Origin: Patescibacteria group bacterium
GTDB lineage: Bacteria; Patescibacteriota; Patescibacteriia; JBAZBY01
Assembly (NCBI GenBank): GCA_041671225.1
Contig: JBAZBY010000001.1
Coordinates: forward strand, 174,940-238,939
Direction of reading: 5' to 3'
DNA: 64,000 bases
Shown: positions 43,201 to 51,456 of the stretch, piece after piece
Layout: every line of letters begins with the position of its first letter
Numbering within the stretch: the first letter of the stretch is position 1
Translations under genes and position numbers: made by a program
The notes under the pieces: model-generated
The model's database searches: none
What the model was told of the DNA's origin: nothing
The model's input: the letters and a program-made list of their open reading frames with translations, nothing else

Positions 43201-43653
43201 GAATGTGGTATCAACAAGCCCCGCATCATCATACCGAAGGTCATGCGTGTGTGTTTTGATATGCGGACGGAGCGTACAGGAACCATCGCCCCATACATAA
43301 TACCCCGTAGGGCAGCCGCAGGAAGCACTGTCTTTGATAAGTATTCCATCTTCGCAATACCACGGACGATCTGCGGAATCGCCGGTGCGTTGCACAACGC
43401 ATTGCCCATGAGCGGTACCATCACTGCACCCGACCGTTGCCGCTGCAAATGATGCCCCAAGTTCATCAACACTCAGCCCATCTGGCTGCAAATCAATAAT
43501 TCCAGCAACAGAAAAAAGTGCTCCAAAAAATACAATAAAAAGAAGCACTCCCGTCGAAATCTGAACACCAAAACCAAGCCGCGCGGCAGTACTGGTCTGC
43601 TGCGCAATCCCGATGTGTACCTGTAATCTCTTATGTAGTGACTTTTTGATCAT
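40285..43653 (-). CDS. Giant cell-surface protein: N-terminal membrane anchor, Cys-rich tandem module (WxCGxWSxC...RTCTD), C-terminal FG-GAP/VCBS beta-propeller repeats
   Basis: 1122 aa; six ~50-aa repeats of the form GGGPHIRIF...FRGGVNVATGDVDGDGKDEI at the C-terminus; hydrophobic N-terminal segment. Confidence 0.8.
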   Translation of the reverse strand: MIKKSLHKRLQVHIGIAQQTSTAARLGFGVQISTGVLLFIVFFGALFSVAGIIDLQPDGLSVDELGASFAAATVGCSDGTAHGQCVVQRTGDSADRPWYCEDGILIKDSASCGCPTGYYVWGDGSCTLRPHIKTHTHDLRYDDAGLVDTTFKALHFDQVFSHTAFKAAYKALNPQVTLGNYRNYSAFTDSEFAGSVTSWCAAQSPACDPQDLIIHFRDDVGTRCDYFRNCQSFKGWNASCSPNCTPAATAASRAESRAPNAWLLIWSDVKFSNQNWVAFNNEAVATTMESGGAEADNVLSDNGDFYPGGSAFDKSVEYYGIPLDGNHPRIQEAFDAQRNMATYVSNYFGKEKQVIPNARALYWYFHPYFYAGYQSLNNPVEIEAWLTWNDLNQPSGGVPRALTYNSDYQDTKKMLSDSLAGQKFYLKGVNESTVNTSKAQMFVLANFYLVNNKNLSFAYLDFTGWNKDGNFWPTGPVEDYLWIPAIDYDIGTPIANTFGKQDVFGNSGTIEHFELATGIDPSTPSQITSGTTRNYHLFARQYSNALVLVKYREYGGYLGVASRTTHDLGGEYRRLGADGILDSTILTSIALENNEAAVLIPVAPDVPTVCVEDWGCGTWSTCSTAGVQSRTCTDAHDCGTIMNRPALAQVCTPPQISCSPKWNCGDWSECLNNEQIRTCTDTKSCDVNPPSSLIARQCDSVPPPKINADPVGGPEDPNPPDTAIASHVSIFYTGNVVMQWSGNDDITAKKDIRFRYKIDDGNWTLYTNRTEHIFSDLTNGEHTFAVSAVDEAGNDDPVPATTTFTMKKVLQVVAGAGAGGGPHVRIFDYLGNLTGQFFAYNPNFRGGVSVATGDVDGDGYDEIITAPGRGGGPHIRIFNRRGVVLGQFFALPETFRGGVNVATGDVDGDGKDEILVTPASGGGPVVRVFNGRGKLEAQFWAYDEGFRGGVNLTTADFDNDGRDSVVVAPADRGGPHIRVFTLSRSGARVSAQFFAYSSTRRGGMSITTGDIIGDDGIPEIILSPTTGGYPAEVKIFSPTGTFLRNFFAASEGFRGGANVTAGDLYGFDNTAEILTSTYKDGAPGVFVFVKKNETTLQRILSYYAYAPSFRGGLSITMGHFAP
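40300..41250 (-). repeat. Intragenic tandem DNA repeats (~150 nt units) encoding the FG-GAP blades
   Basis: Recurring ...ccgccacg... and gatgg/ggtgatgg blocks at ~150-nt spacing in the sequence. Confidence 0.55.
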
Positions 43654-45013
43654 GAAGTAGTTCGCGGATCACGGTACGGTCATCCCACGGAACCTTTCTC
43701 CCTCCAGCAACAACCATTGCCTGCTCTGAACCCTTGCCGGTTACCAGAACAAGATCACCCAGCGCGGCCAATGAAAGTGCTTTGGCAATGCCTTCACGTC
43801 TATCAAGAATCAGGAAAAGATCCTTCCCTTCTATCTTACCAGCTTCCTGCGCTCCCTGCGATACGTCCTTGATAATCTGCATCGGATCATCATCATACGG
43901 ATCCTCATTCGTCACAATGACCATTGCGGCATTCTCTGCTGCAAGCTTTCCCAAAATTGGCCGCCGAGATATATCGCGACCGCCGCCCGTTGAACCCAGC
44001 ACATGCACAATACGCTTATAGGGAAGCTTCTTTAAGAAGACATACAGTTGTGTGAGTGATGCGGGTTCTGGGGCATAATCTACCATCACGGCAAAAGGCT
44101 TTTTCTGTACAAACTCAAAACGTCCGGGCACGCCTTCTATCTTTGCAATTGCGCGTATTCCTGTTTCAAGAGAAATGCCGAGTGGCTCAACTGCTGCGAG
44201 AGCCGCAAGTGCATTTTGCACGTTCACCTCACCAAGGAGTTTTAACGACGCGCGCTGTCCATTCACGGTGAACCTGCTCCCCTCAGCGAGCACAGCAACA
44301 TCTTTTGCCGCAAACACAGCATCAAAACGCTCCCGCCCAAAAGCACCATGCCGTGTCTCATCAACAAAGCCAACATAATGCTCTGCCATAAAAGTACGGA
44401 AGAATGTTGCCTCAGGGTCGCCAATATTCACTACGCTCGTTTTTAAAATCTTTTTGCCGTTCAGCCTTTTCTTTTTTGTGTGCTTCAATGTGGCAAAGAG
44501 TTCTCCCTTCGCAGACCGATACGCCGCGTAAGATCCATGGGACTGAATATGCTCCGGCGTGAGATTCGTAAACACCGCGACATCGTATGCGATATGCGTA
44601 TGACGATACTGCATGATGCCCTCTGATGATGTTTCAATCACGGCAATCTCACACATACGACGCACCATGTTATGCAACATCCGCTGCAAACCAAAACGGC
44701 CGAGCATTGTCATTTTGGTGTTGTTGAGCTTCTGCTCTTTGCCAACCTGAAACTCCACTGTTGACGTTACGCCGACGGTATAGCCCGCTTCCTCGCAAAT
44801 ACGCGCGATCAAATGCACAACCGTCGACTTGCCGTTTGTTCCTGTTACGCCAATCACAATGAGTCGGTCACCGGGAAATCGAAAAAGAAGCGCGGCCATC
44901 CACGCCATGATGCGGTGATACAGCTGCAACAACACGTGCGGCAGAAAACCTCTGAGCAGAGAACGCATACTAATAATTTTTAATGTCTTCTGTGTCGTCG
45001 TCCTCAATGACAT
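43631..45013 (-). CDS. murE: Mur ligase family protein, MurE-like (UDP-MurNAc-L-Ala-D-Glu:diamino acid ligase)
   Basis: VIGVTGTNGKSTV P-loop, a central Mur ligase domain and a C-terminal domain. The true start may be the internal M at 44968. Confidence 0.75.
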   Translation of the reverse strand: MSLRTTTQKTLKIISMRSLLRGFLPHVLLQLYHRIMAWMAALLFRFPGDRLIVIGVTGTNGKSTVVHLIARICEEAGYTVGVTSTVEFQVGKEQKLNNTKMTMLGRFGLQRMLHNMVRRMCEIAVIETSSEGIMQYRHTHIAYDVAVFTNLTPEHIQSHGSYAAYRSAKGELFATLKHTKKKRLNGKKILKTSVVNIGDPEATFFRTFMAEHYVGFVDETRHGAFGRERFDAVFAAKDVAVLAEGSRFTVNGQRASLKLLGEVNVQNALAALAAVEPLGISLETGIRAIAKIEGVPGRFEFVQKKPFAVMVDYAPEPASLTQLYVFLKKLPYKRIVHVLGSTGGGRDISRRPILGKLAAENAAMVIVTNEDPYDDDPMQIIKDVSQGAQEAGKIEGKDLFLILDRREGIAKALSLAALGDLVLVTGKGSEQAMVVAGGRKVPWDDRTVIRELLHDQKVTT

Positions 45014-45215
45014 TCACAGAATATGTCAGATTCTTGTTACGAACCAATTCGTGTTTACGATCCTTGAACTCAAACGGCGCAACGCCAAACATCTTTGCCT
45101 GAAAAAATAATCCTTCAACAAATTCTTTATCCGCATTGCGAAGGAACTCAATGGCATCTTCATCACCAACAACCTGGTGGACATTAATAAGAACGGGTCT
45201 TTTGATTGGTTTCAT
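44970..45215 (-). CDS. Hypothetical small protein (81 aa)
   Basis: ORF translationally coupled (TAATG) to the upstream small ORF; no recognisable domain. Confidence 0.4.
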   Translation of the reverse strand: MKPIKRPVLINVHQVVGDEDAIEFLRNADKEFVEGLFFQAKMFGVAPFEFKDRKHELVRNKNLTYSVNVIEDDDTEDIKNY

Positions 45216-45487
45216 TAGTGAAATGTCCCCTCTGATTCCCCCACAAGTACCTGAAATGTATAATCCGGATTCGCTCGCAAACGATACGGCTCATCTTTAT
45301 TGCCATGAAAAACAATTTCGCCAGCTTCGGCGGCTTGCGTAAACAACATACGGGAAACCATTTCATCTTTGTGCTTCAAAACTGCAATGCCTTCTGCGTC
45401 GCCTTCTGCTTTAAATCCATTGATATTCACAGGATGTGACATAGTATTGCGCTGTTGGATTGTACCAGAGCAGTCATGCTTTTTCAA
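45215..45487 (-). CDS. Hypothetical small protein (75-90 aa; TTG or internal ATG start)
   Basis: ORF directly downstream of the MTAP terminator; the start codon is ambiguous. Confidence 0.35.
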   Translation of the reverse strand: MKKHDCSGTIQQRNTMSHPVNINGFKAEGDAEGIAVLKHKDEMVSRMLFTQAAEAGEIVFHGNKDEPYRLRANPDYTFQVLVGESEGTFH

Positions 45488-45495
45488 TAAGAAAC

Positions 45496-45527
45496 GTGCC
45501 CGATCCTCCTCCTGGGGGATCGGGCAC
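45496..45527 (-). terminator. Rho-independent terminator of the phosphorylase gene (11-bp perfect stem GTGCCCGATCC/GGATCGGGCAC)
   Basis: On the minus strand the hairpin is followed by GTTTCTTATTG. Confidence 0.6.
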
Positions 45528-45603
45528 TGTGAACGAATCCGTTGGGCACGCCAGACTCAAAGTCCGGGAACGAACAAGGAAACGAGATCCCGATGCAGAG
45601 CGC

Positions 45604-46431
45604 TCAGAGACCCGGCACCATGCTGAACACGGAAGGCCGCCCGGTGCAGGCGCAGGTCCACTGAGAGGCATCATGCCCCTGCAGCGAGCCCATCACGCGC
45701 AGGAACGAGCGTGCAAGCGGTTCCTGGCGCGTTGCCATCACCGCAGCGACCTCATCGCCGCTCACCGCCTTCTGCCTTTCGGGGATGTCCGTGACCACGC
45801 AGACGCTCTGGTAGTGCACGTCCTCACCCTGACGGCAGAGCACGGCCTCAGGCGCCGTAGTCGGCATGCCGAGCAGATCCGCCCCAAAGACCCTGTCCAG
45901 TATGCGGACCTCGGCAGGCGTCTCGTAGCGATCCCGAACCGCAACGGCGAGCAGTCCGCCGTCCGTGATCCCCGGGTCCACTGCGAGCAGATGCCGGAGA
46001 TGCGGACAGAAGAAATCGTTGCAGGGACGGAAGTACGCCAACGGATCATGATGCCCCGGCCGATCGAACGTCCACTTCCCCGCGGTGAGGTCGAAGAAGT
46101 CGTGCGGAGCGATGAGCGACCCGAGCTCCATGCCCGGGATTCGGGTGGCGATGCCGCCCGTTGCGGACGTCGCGAGAACGAAGTTCACACCCATCGTATC
46201 CAGCAGAGGGCGCATGTAGCGCTCGTGCTCGAGATCGGGCGGCGGGCAGTACGCACCGAATGCGTAATGCCGCTTCAGAAACACGAACTCAATGTCCCCG
46301 CACTGAACGATGCTGTAGCGCAGGACGTCATGGTACCTGGTGTCCATGGTGTGGTCGGTGACCTCACCAAACTCCCGGAACACGTCCTCCATCCCGGTAC
46401 CTGCGATGACGGCGATCTTGGGAAAGGGCAT
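45604..46431 (-). CDS. Purine nucleoside / 5'-methylthioadenosine phosphorylase family protein (PNP_UDP_1), high-GC
   Basis: N-terminal KIAVIAGTGMED and DLLGMPTTAPEAVLCRQ, MTAP/PNP-like. GAGGAGG SD 7 nt before the ATG at 46431. A TTGACA-containing, AT-rich promoter lies around 46505-46540. Confidence 0.75.
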   Translation of the reverse strand: MPFPKIAVIAGTGMEDVFREFGEVTDHTMDTRYHDVLRYSIVQCGDIEFVFLKRHYAFGAYCPPPDLEHERYMRPLLDTMGVNFVLATSATGGIATRIPGMELGSLIAPHDFFDLTAGKWTFDRPGHHDPLAYFRPCNDFFCPHLRHLLAVDPGITDGGLLAVAVRDRYETPAEVRILDRVFGADLLGMPTTAPEAVLCRQGEDVHYQSVCVVTDIPERQKAVSGDEVAAVMATRQEPLARSFLRVMGSLQGHDASQWTCACTGRPSVFSMVPGL

Positions 46432-46600
46432 GCGTATCCTCCTCAGTTGCGTCGCGCAATGCACGACAAAGAAAGAGCCTTCCTCCTCAAAAAGACGCCG
46501 TGAGCTTACGTATAATAGTGGTTGTTGTCAATACAAAAATGCCGAATAGTGTACGGCGTAGCGTCCCTCGACCACTGACCAGAGGCCAGCTAGTGGCTGA

Positions 46601-46675
46601 TGGTGTCCCCAAGAGGAGTCGAACCTCTGTCTTAGCCTCCGGAGGGCTACGCTCTATCCACTGAGCTATGGGGAC
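46601..46675 (-). tRNA. tRNA-Arg (anticodon CCG)
   Basis: Hand-folded cloverleaf: acceptor GTCCCCA/TGGGGAC, D-arm GCTC-AGTGGATA-GAGC, anticodon stem TAGCC/GGCTA with loop CTCCGGA, T-arm AGAGG-TTCGACT-CCTCT, CCA encoded. Confidence 0.85.
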
Positions 46676-47435
46676 GCACCTTGTTGTCTCCATTCTGCAC
46701 GAACTCACGGGCAGTATTCATGTCATCAGGATTCGAAAGATGAAGGCACGGTTCTGCAAGCTCCATAACCTTCACTTTCTTTTTTCCTGCAAGTATAGTA
46801 ATGGCATCCGTAAGCTCGTATTCTCCGCGCTCGGATTCTTTTACCTGTTTGATTGTATCAAAAATTTCGGGGAGAAAACGATATAAACTCATATTCGCCA
46901 AATTCCCCGGAGGATTTTCTGATTTTTCCGCTATCTCCTGCAGCATATTGTTCTCTCCAAGAACCGCAATACCAAAATCCTTCGGGTGATCACTTGAAAT
47001 GACACTCATAACATGTAACTCCTCATCAAAGTGTCGTATGCGCTGAAGATCAGATAAAGAATAGAGCTGGTCGCCTGCAAGTGCGATGAACGTCTCTCCT
47101 TTGGTTGCTGCTTCTGCCGCAAGAATTGCCATTGCCGTTCCATAATGATTCTCTGGTGTCACTGCATACTGATTAACCGTCTGTACCTCCAGCCCTGACG
47201 GTGTCTGCTGCAGCACGACATCAAACTGCTCGCGCATGTGTCCCGTTACTACCACCACGCGAGTGAATCCTGCGGCTGCAAGTCGTTCAAGTGCATACAG
47301 TAAAAAGGGCCTCCCTTCAACAGGGAGAAGTGGCTTTGGTGTTGTTGCCGTGAGCTCCTTCATCCGCGTGCCTCGTCCCGCAGCCATAATGACTGCGGTA
47401 TCCACGGGAACGCCCTGCGTATTGTGCTGTTCCAT
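46647..47435 (-). CDS. Sugar-phosphate nucleotidyltransferase (NTP_transferase family)
   Basis: N-terminal VIMAAGRGTRM motif; the 3' end of the CDS overlaps the 5' 29 nt of tRNA-Arg. Confidence 0.8.
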   Translation of the reverse strand: MEQHNTQGVPVDTAVIMAAGRGTRMKELTATTPKPLLPVEGRPFLLYALERLAAAGFTRVVVVTGHMREQFDVVLQQTPSGLEVQTVNQYAVTPENHYGTAMAILAAEAATKGETFIALAGDQLYSLSDLQRIRHFDEELHVMSVISSDHPKDFGIAVLGENNMLQEIAEKSENPPGNLANMSLYRFLPEIFDTIKQVKESERGEYELTDAITILAGKKKVKVMELAEPCLHLSNPDDMNTAREFVQNGDNKVRPHSSVDRA

Positions 47436-47504
47436 ACTTCAGATACAAATGTGGTGAACGTGGCGCCATATGATCCGCGCCTGACGCATCTTTCGGGCTA
47501 GAGT

Positions 47505-48491
47505 CTACCAGACCCGATGGTGTTTGAGAAGCGCACCGATCCGATATGCTGGATACAACAGATACCGGTACGGAAAATCCGAGCTGCGCGGCCAGGCAAC
47601 GCGCGCACCGCCAAATCCTTCCTTAAAACGTGTAATGCCGGCCCAAGGGTGAACAGCACCTGCATCTGCTGGGGCGACACCGCGAAAATCATACCGCCGG
47701 TATCCATGTGCCTTTGCATACTGCAGCCCCTCCCAATGGAGAAGAAATGGCGCCATAACATTCTTATGCTCATCAGATGATGCGCCATGGGCATACGTCA
47801 TGGTCGTACCAAAAAAAAGAGCAAGGCTAATTGCGACGGGCGTGCCTTCATAGCGGGCAACAAAAATCTTTAGGCTGCACTTTTCTGGTATGGGAGTGCC
47901 TGATTCCGCGAGAACAACGAACATCTTCTTAAAGTACTCCAATGGTTCACTCTGAATCTCATGCCGCGTGGCTGTTCGTTCAGTAAGGTCAAGAAAGGCT
48001 GCCAAGCCTTTATCGTTCGTCTCGTCAGCAACAACAACGCCCTTCTTTTGCGCGAGGCGAATGTTGTATCGCGTCTTCTGATGCATTGCCGCGAGTAATT
48101 CCTCTTCATTCTGCGTGACATCGACAACAACGGTATCCTGTGGTTGTGTTGCGGAAACAGGAAAGCCAGGTTCGATCATGTGTACCGGATCAACGCGAAC
48201 AAAAAGACGTCCATCAGCGCGCTGTTGGAGTTCTTTGCGAAAATCCTGCCACTGCGCCATCTTCGCATCATCATGAAAAAGCGGGCCACGGGGAATATAA
48301 AAGTAACCCATACCGCGCGGCAGTGGCATGGTGATGATCTGTGCCTGAACGTTGCCGTTCGTAAGCCGTACGACGCTACGGCCAGTTGCTTCTTGAAATG
48401 TTCCCCATTCCCATGACTGCGTAAAAGGATCATGCGCTCCTGTAAGGAGTGCGCGATTCCATTCTTCTGCTGTGCCTTCCAAGAAACTCAT
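47505..48491 (-). CDS. FemAB-family peptidoglycan peptide-branch (aminoacyl-tRNA-dependent) transferase
   Basis: KTRYNIRLAQKKG motif and overall FemX/MurM-like length and layout. Confidence 0.8.
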   Translation of the reverse strand: MSFLEGTAEEWNRALLTGAHDPFTQSWEWGTFQEATGRSVVRLTNGNVQAQIITMPLPRGMGYFYIPRGPLFHDDAKMAQWQDFRKELQQRADGRLFVRVDPVHMIEPGFPVSATQPQDTVVVDVTQNEEELLAAMHQKTRYNIRLAQKKGVVVADETNDKGLAAFLDLTERTATRHEIQSEPLEYFKKMFVVLAESGTPIPEKCSLKIFVARYEGTPVAISLALFFGTTMTYAHGASSDEHKNVMAPFLLHWEGLQYAKAHGYRRYDFRGVAPADAGAVHPWAGITRFKEGFGGARVAWPRSSDFPYRYLLYPAYRIGALLKHHRVW

Positions 48492-49051
48492 GCAAGTTGT
48501 CGCAACGCTTCACGAATCTGCTCTGTGGTGTCTGCAACTTCATCAGGGACCTTGGCGAGTGCTTCGCGCGCTTCCTGTGCCCGGTACCCCAAGCCGATCA
48601 ATGCTTCAAATGCGTCCGTGCGTTCCGGCGTCAAACTTTGTGCAAGTTCTTTGCCGCCGAACTTCTCCTTGAGTTCAACGATAATCCGCTCCGCAGTCTT
48701 CTTCCCGATGCCAGAAACTTTTGTGAGCATGCCTGTATCCGCAGAACGAACGGATTTTTGGATATCCTGCGCAGATGCCAATGACAGAATGCCAAGCGCC
48801 GTTTTTGGGCCAACGCCGCTCACGGTAATTAATGCAAGAAAAATTTCGCGTTCAAAAAGAGAAGCAAAGCCATAAAGCTCCATCGCGTTCTCACGGAGAT
48901 GCGTATGCACAAAAAGGGCAATTGCTGCGCCTTTCCTCTTTCCCTGCTTCACGCGGGCACTCACTGCGAGTTCATAGCCAACGCCCTGCACATTCAGAAT
49001 AAGAGTGCGTTCGGTAACTTCCTGCAGTGTGCCTTCAAGATAGCCAATCAT
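48488..49051 (-). CDS. ruvA: Holliday junction DNA helicase RuvA
   Basis: MIGYLEGTL..GVGYEL N-terminal OB domain and HhH motifs (GVGPKTAL, GIGKKTAERI). Confidence 0.93.
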   Translation of the reverse strand: MIGYLEGTLQEVTERTLILNVQGVGYELAVSARVKQGKRKGAAIALFVHTHLRENAMELYGFASLFEREIFLALITVSGVGPKTALGILSLASAQDIQKSVRSADTGMLTKVSGIGKKTAERIIVELKEKFGGKELAQSLTPERTDAFEALIGLGYRAQEAREALAKVPDEVADTTEQIREALRQLA

Positions 49052-49089
49052 CGTGCCTCCACCCTACCAATGTCAGAGAAAATTGAAAA

Positions 49090-49120
49090 GGCCTGCCCCC
49101 ATTCTCCAGGTGGGGGTAGG
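49090..49120 (-). terminator. Terminator of the high-GC operon (11-bp stem with one G-U, followed by CTTTTCAATTTTC on the minus strand)
   Basis: Hairpin GCCTGCCCCCA..TGGGGGTAGGC downstream of the cupin gene. Confidence 0.55.
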
Positions 49121-49155
49121 CCTCGCTTGGCAAGATGATGCGCTATACCACGCAT

Positions 49156-49575
49156 CTAGATTCGACCGAAGTCATCTTCGAAACGAACGACGTCGGCGAG
49201 CTGGGGCGTTGAAACCTCCAGCAAGATAGCGACGCCATCTCGCGCATGGACGCGGTGCACCGTTCCCGGCGCCAGAATGAACACATCGTCCTTGTAAAGA
49301 GTCATCTCCGTGAGTTCCTCCGGAGAGGGCCCCACGAAAACCTGCACGGGACCATTCAGCACCACCCAGGCCTCCTCCTTCTCGTCGTGGCGCTGAAGAG
49401 AAAACCGTGCTCCTCGGTTGATGACGAGGGTCTTGAGGGCGAATCCCTGTCCGAACACGATCCATTCCTCGCGACCCCAAGGCTTGATCACCCGGACGGT
49501 CTCCACTCGCCCAGTGAACCCCTCCGGAACCTGCAGCGCCATCGGATTGAACTGACCATCACGAACGACCCTCAT
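49156..49575 (-). CDS. Cupin-domain protein (mannose-6-phosphate isomerase type II-like cupin_2), high-GC
   Basis: PWGREEW...SLQRHDEKEEAWVVLNG...GTVHRV cupin motifs. Start at MRVVRDG with AAGGAAGGAGGG SD. Confidence 0.7.
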   Translation of the reverse strand: MRVVRDGQFNPMALQVPEGFTGRVETVRVIKPWGREEWIVFGQGFALKTLVINRGARFSLQRHDEKEEAWVVLNGPVQVFVGPSPEELTEMTLYKDDVFILAPGTVHRVHARDGVAILLEVSTPQLADVVRFEDDFGRI

Positions 49576-49764
49576 ACCGCGTACCCTCCTTCCTTGTGTT
49601 TGCGGTGCGCCCCACTTTACCAAAAAGAAGATTTTCGTCAATGGAAAATCCGACAGCACTCCTCCCTATGTACTGTTGGATTCGAGGGGGATGCCCCCTG
49701 TTGTACGAATGGACGGACGGACGACTCTTGATACGATCCGGTAGAGGGGGCATGGCAGCGGCTC

Positions 49765-50178
49765 CTAAAAGCCTGACCGCTCGCCGATATCGGCCGGCGA
49801 CTTCATGGGGGACCCCGGCGAATCAAGTCCCGCGAGCTCCGGAACGTCGCGACAACTCTCTCGTTGTTCAAACAGATCCGCAAGCTCAAGAGAGGCGAGC
49901 AACATCGAGATCTTGGTCCCGATGATCCACACTACCCGAGGCGCGGGATTGCGTTTTTCGAGCTCGTCCATCAACGCGCCCATGCCGTCCACGATGCTAT
50001 GGGTGGCAACCCGCAGGCCGCTCAGGTCGACGATGACGAGAGTGGCCTCCAGAGCAATGACCCCAGTCGCTCCGGACAGAACGGCGCTATCGCGAGAGGT
50101 GATACATATCCCTTCAGCCGTCACAAGATGGCCGCTCTGGCCTTCTCCGTAACCGAAGGGTTGGTGTTTCAGCTTCAT
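49765..50178 (-). CDS. STAS-domain protein (anti-sigma-factor antagonist-like) 1, high-GC
   Basis: LVIVDLSGLRVATHSIVDGMGALMDEL...VVWIIGTKISMLLASLELADLFE has SpoIIAA-like topology. AAGGAG SD at 5 nt. Confidence 0.65.
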   Translation of the reverse strand: MKLKHQPFGYGEGQSGHLVTAEGICITSRDSAVLSGATGVIALEATLVIVDLSGLRVATHSIVDGMGALMDELEKRNPAPRVVWIIGTKISMLLASLELADLFEQRESCRDVPELAGLDSPGSPMKSPADIGERSGF

Positions 50179-50221
50179 GAATGCTCCTTCTTGTACGACG
50201 AGTACCACGCCTCAAACAAAG

Positions 50222-50602
50222 TCACGCATCGCACTCTCCCGTACGCTGCTCACGCGACTGCCACGTGAGGGCGACCGCCTCGTCCTCAACAATCTCGAAG
50301 ACCTCGTCGAGGCCGAGAGTATGCAGCATGTGCATGAACCGACGCGATACACCGCAGAAGATGAGTGGCGTGTTCCGGTTCATGCAGTGCGCGTGGAGTG
50401 TGACGAGCTTGCCGACGAAGATCGAGTTGATAAGTGTGAGCTCGGCACAGTCCACGATGACGCGGTTCACGTCCCGTGTCACGTCCTTCACGCTACATAC
50501 GAAGTCCTCGTGATCGCCATCGGACACAAAGGGTCCGAAAAGCTGCACAACGCGTGCGTGGACCCCGCCCGGTATGGGAAGGGTTCTGACGATGATGGTC
50601 AT
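50222..50602 (-). CDS. STAS-domain protein (anti-sigma-factor antagonist-like) 2, high-GC
   Basis: VIVDCAELTLINSIFVGKLVTLHAHCMNRNTPLIFCGVSRRFMHMLHTLGLDEVFEI; GGAGG SD at 6 nt. Confidence 0.65.
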   Translation of the reverse strand: MTIIVRTLPIPGGVHARVVQLFGPFVSDGDHEDFVCSVKDVTRDVNRVIVDCAELTLINSIFVGKLVTLHAHCMNRNTPLIFCGVSRRFMHMLHTLGLDEVFEIVEDEAVALTWQSREQRTGECDA

Positions 50603-50669
50603 CGCAAACCTCCATGATCCCTTGCGGAATCGATGAGTGGCACGTTCCGCCCTTTGGATTTCAAAGAGC

Positions 50670-50703
50670 CAATCACCGTAACGTAAAGACTGGTGATTGT
50701 CAA
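50670..50703 (-). promoter_or_regulatory. Putative promoter/operator of the STAS-STAS-cupin operon: palindrome CAATCACC-N14-GGTGATTG overlapping a TTGACA -35
   Basis: Perfect 8-bp inverted repeat at 50670-50677 and 50692-50699; minus-strand TTGACA at 50698-50703. Confidence 0.4.
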
Positions 50704-50782
50704 CGCGTTGTGCACTTTATGATGAAGCACTTGCCGGCCACGCATAAGTCCGCGAGGGACGAAGGCGAATCAATGAAAAGAG

Positions 50783-50811
50783 GGGGCCGTCCGGCTTTGC
50801 CGGACGGCCCC
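50783..50811 (-). terminator. Rho-independent terminator of the lipoprotein gene (13-bp GC stem plus CTCTTTTCATT)
   Basis: GGGGCCGTCCGGC-ttt-GCCGGACGGCCCC followed on the minus strand by a U-rich tract. Confidence 0.7.
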
Positions 50812-50823
50812 ACACAGCATCAC

Positions 50824-51456
50824 CTACTCCGCAACGCAGAGAAAGAGCTGTTGCGCTTCACGGGCAATCGCCCGCGTAGTCTCCTCCTCGCTCGAATGCA
50901 GGAAGATACGCGGCGTCACGAACGTAAGCGGCGAACTGGTCACAAGAGCAAGGCAAGAGAAACGCCCGCCGTCTGCGAGCAGATCCATAGGCAGCGCATT
51001 CACGGGTATCGTTGCGCGGTGATCGCGCGTTTGCCCGCCTTCGTAGTACGCCGCGATCCGGCGGTCGCCTTCGCCAAGGTCATACGCAAAGAACCAGCCC
51101 TCGTATGTTGCAAGCGTTTCCGCTCGTGAGCGCGAGAACCATGTGGTCTCTGCAAACCCCAGAACCGTCGCCGTCTTGAGTGCCCCGTTCCGGAACAGGG
51201 CAACGAGCATGCGAATCTCGTCCTCCGCTTCCACGGGAATCAGCAACGCTTCCGTGCCGTCACCATACGCCACGTGCCATGCGCGGTCGTACTCTACCAA
51301 TCCCAGATTCTCGGAAAGTGGAAGCTGCCTCACGTCCGAGAGCAACGCGTGCTCGGCTCCCACAACAGAAGCCTCCAACAACATAGACTCCGGCGCAACA
51401 ATATCCTCGGCGCATCCGCACATCACGAATACGCACGCCAGCATCAGCAGTTTCAT
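50824..51456 (-). CDS. Hypothetical lipoprotein (high-GC)
   Basis: MKLLMLACVFVMCGC lipobox signal. GGAGG SD 8 nt upstream of the ATG at 51456; no recognisable domain. Confidence 0.6.
   Translation of the reverse strand: MKLLMLACVFVMCGCAEDIVAPESMLLEASVVGAEHALLSDVRQLPLSENLGLVEYDRAWHVAYGDGTEALLIPVEAEDEIRMLVALFRNGALKTATVLGFAETTWFSRSRAETLATYEGWFFAYDLGEGDRRIAAYYEGGQTRDHRATIPVNALPMDLLADGGRFSCLALVTSSPLTFVTPRIFLHSSEEETTRAIAREAQQLFLCVAE

Noticed and set aside
45460-46503. 347-aa plus-strand ORF over the phosphorylase gene; similar long antisense ORFs over purF (54932-55681, 54743-55132) and prs (62818-63540)
   Set aside because: High-GC antisense artefacts. The minus-strand products match well-known enzyme families.
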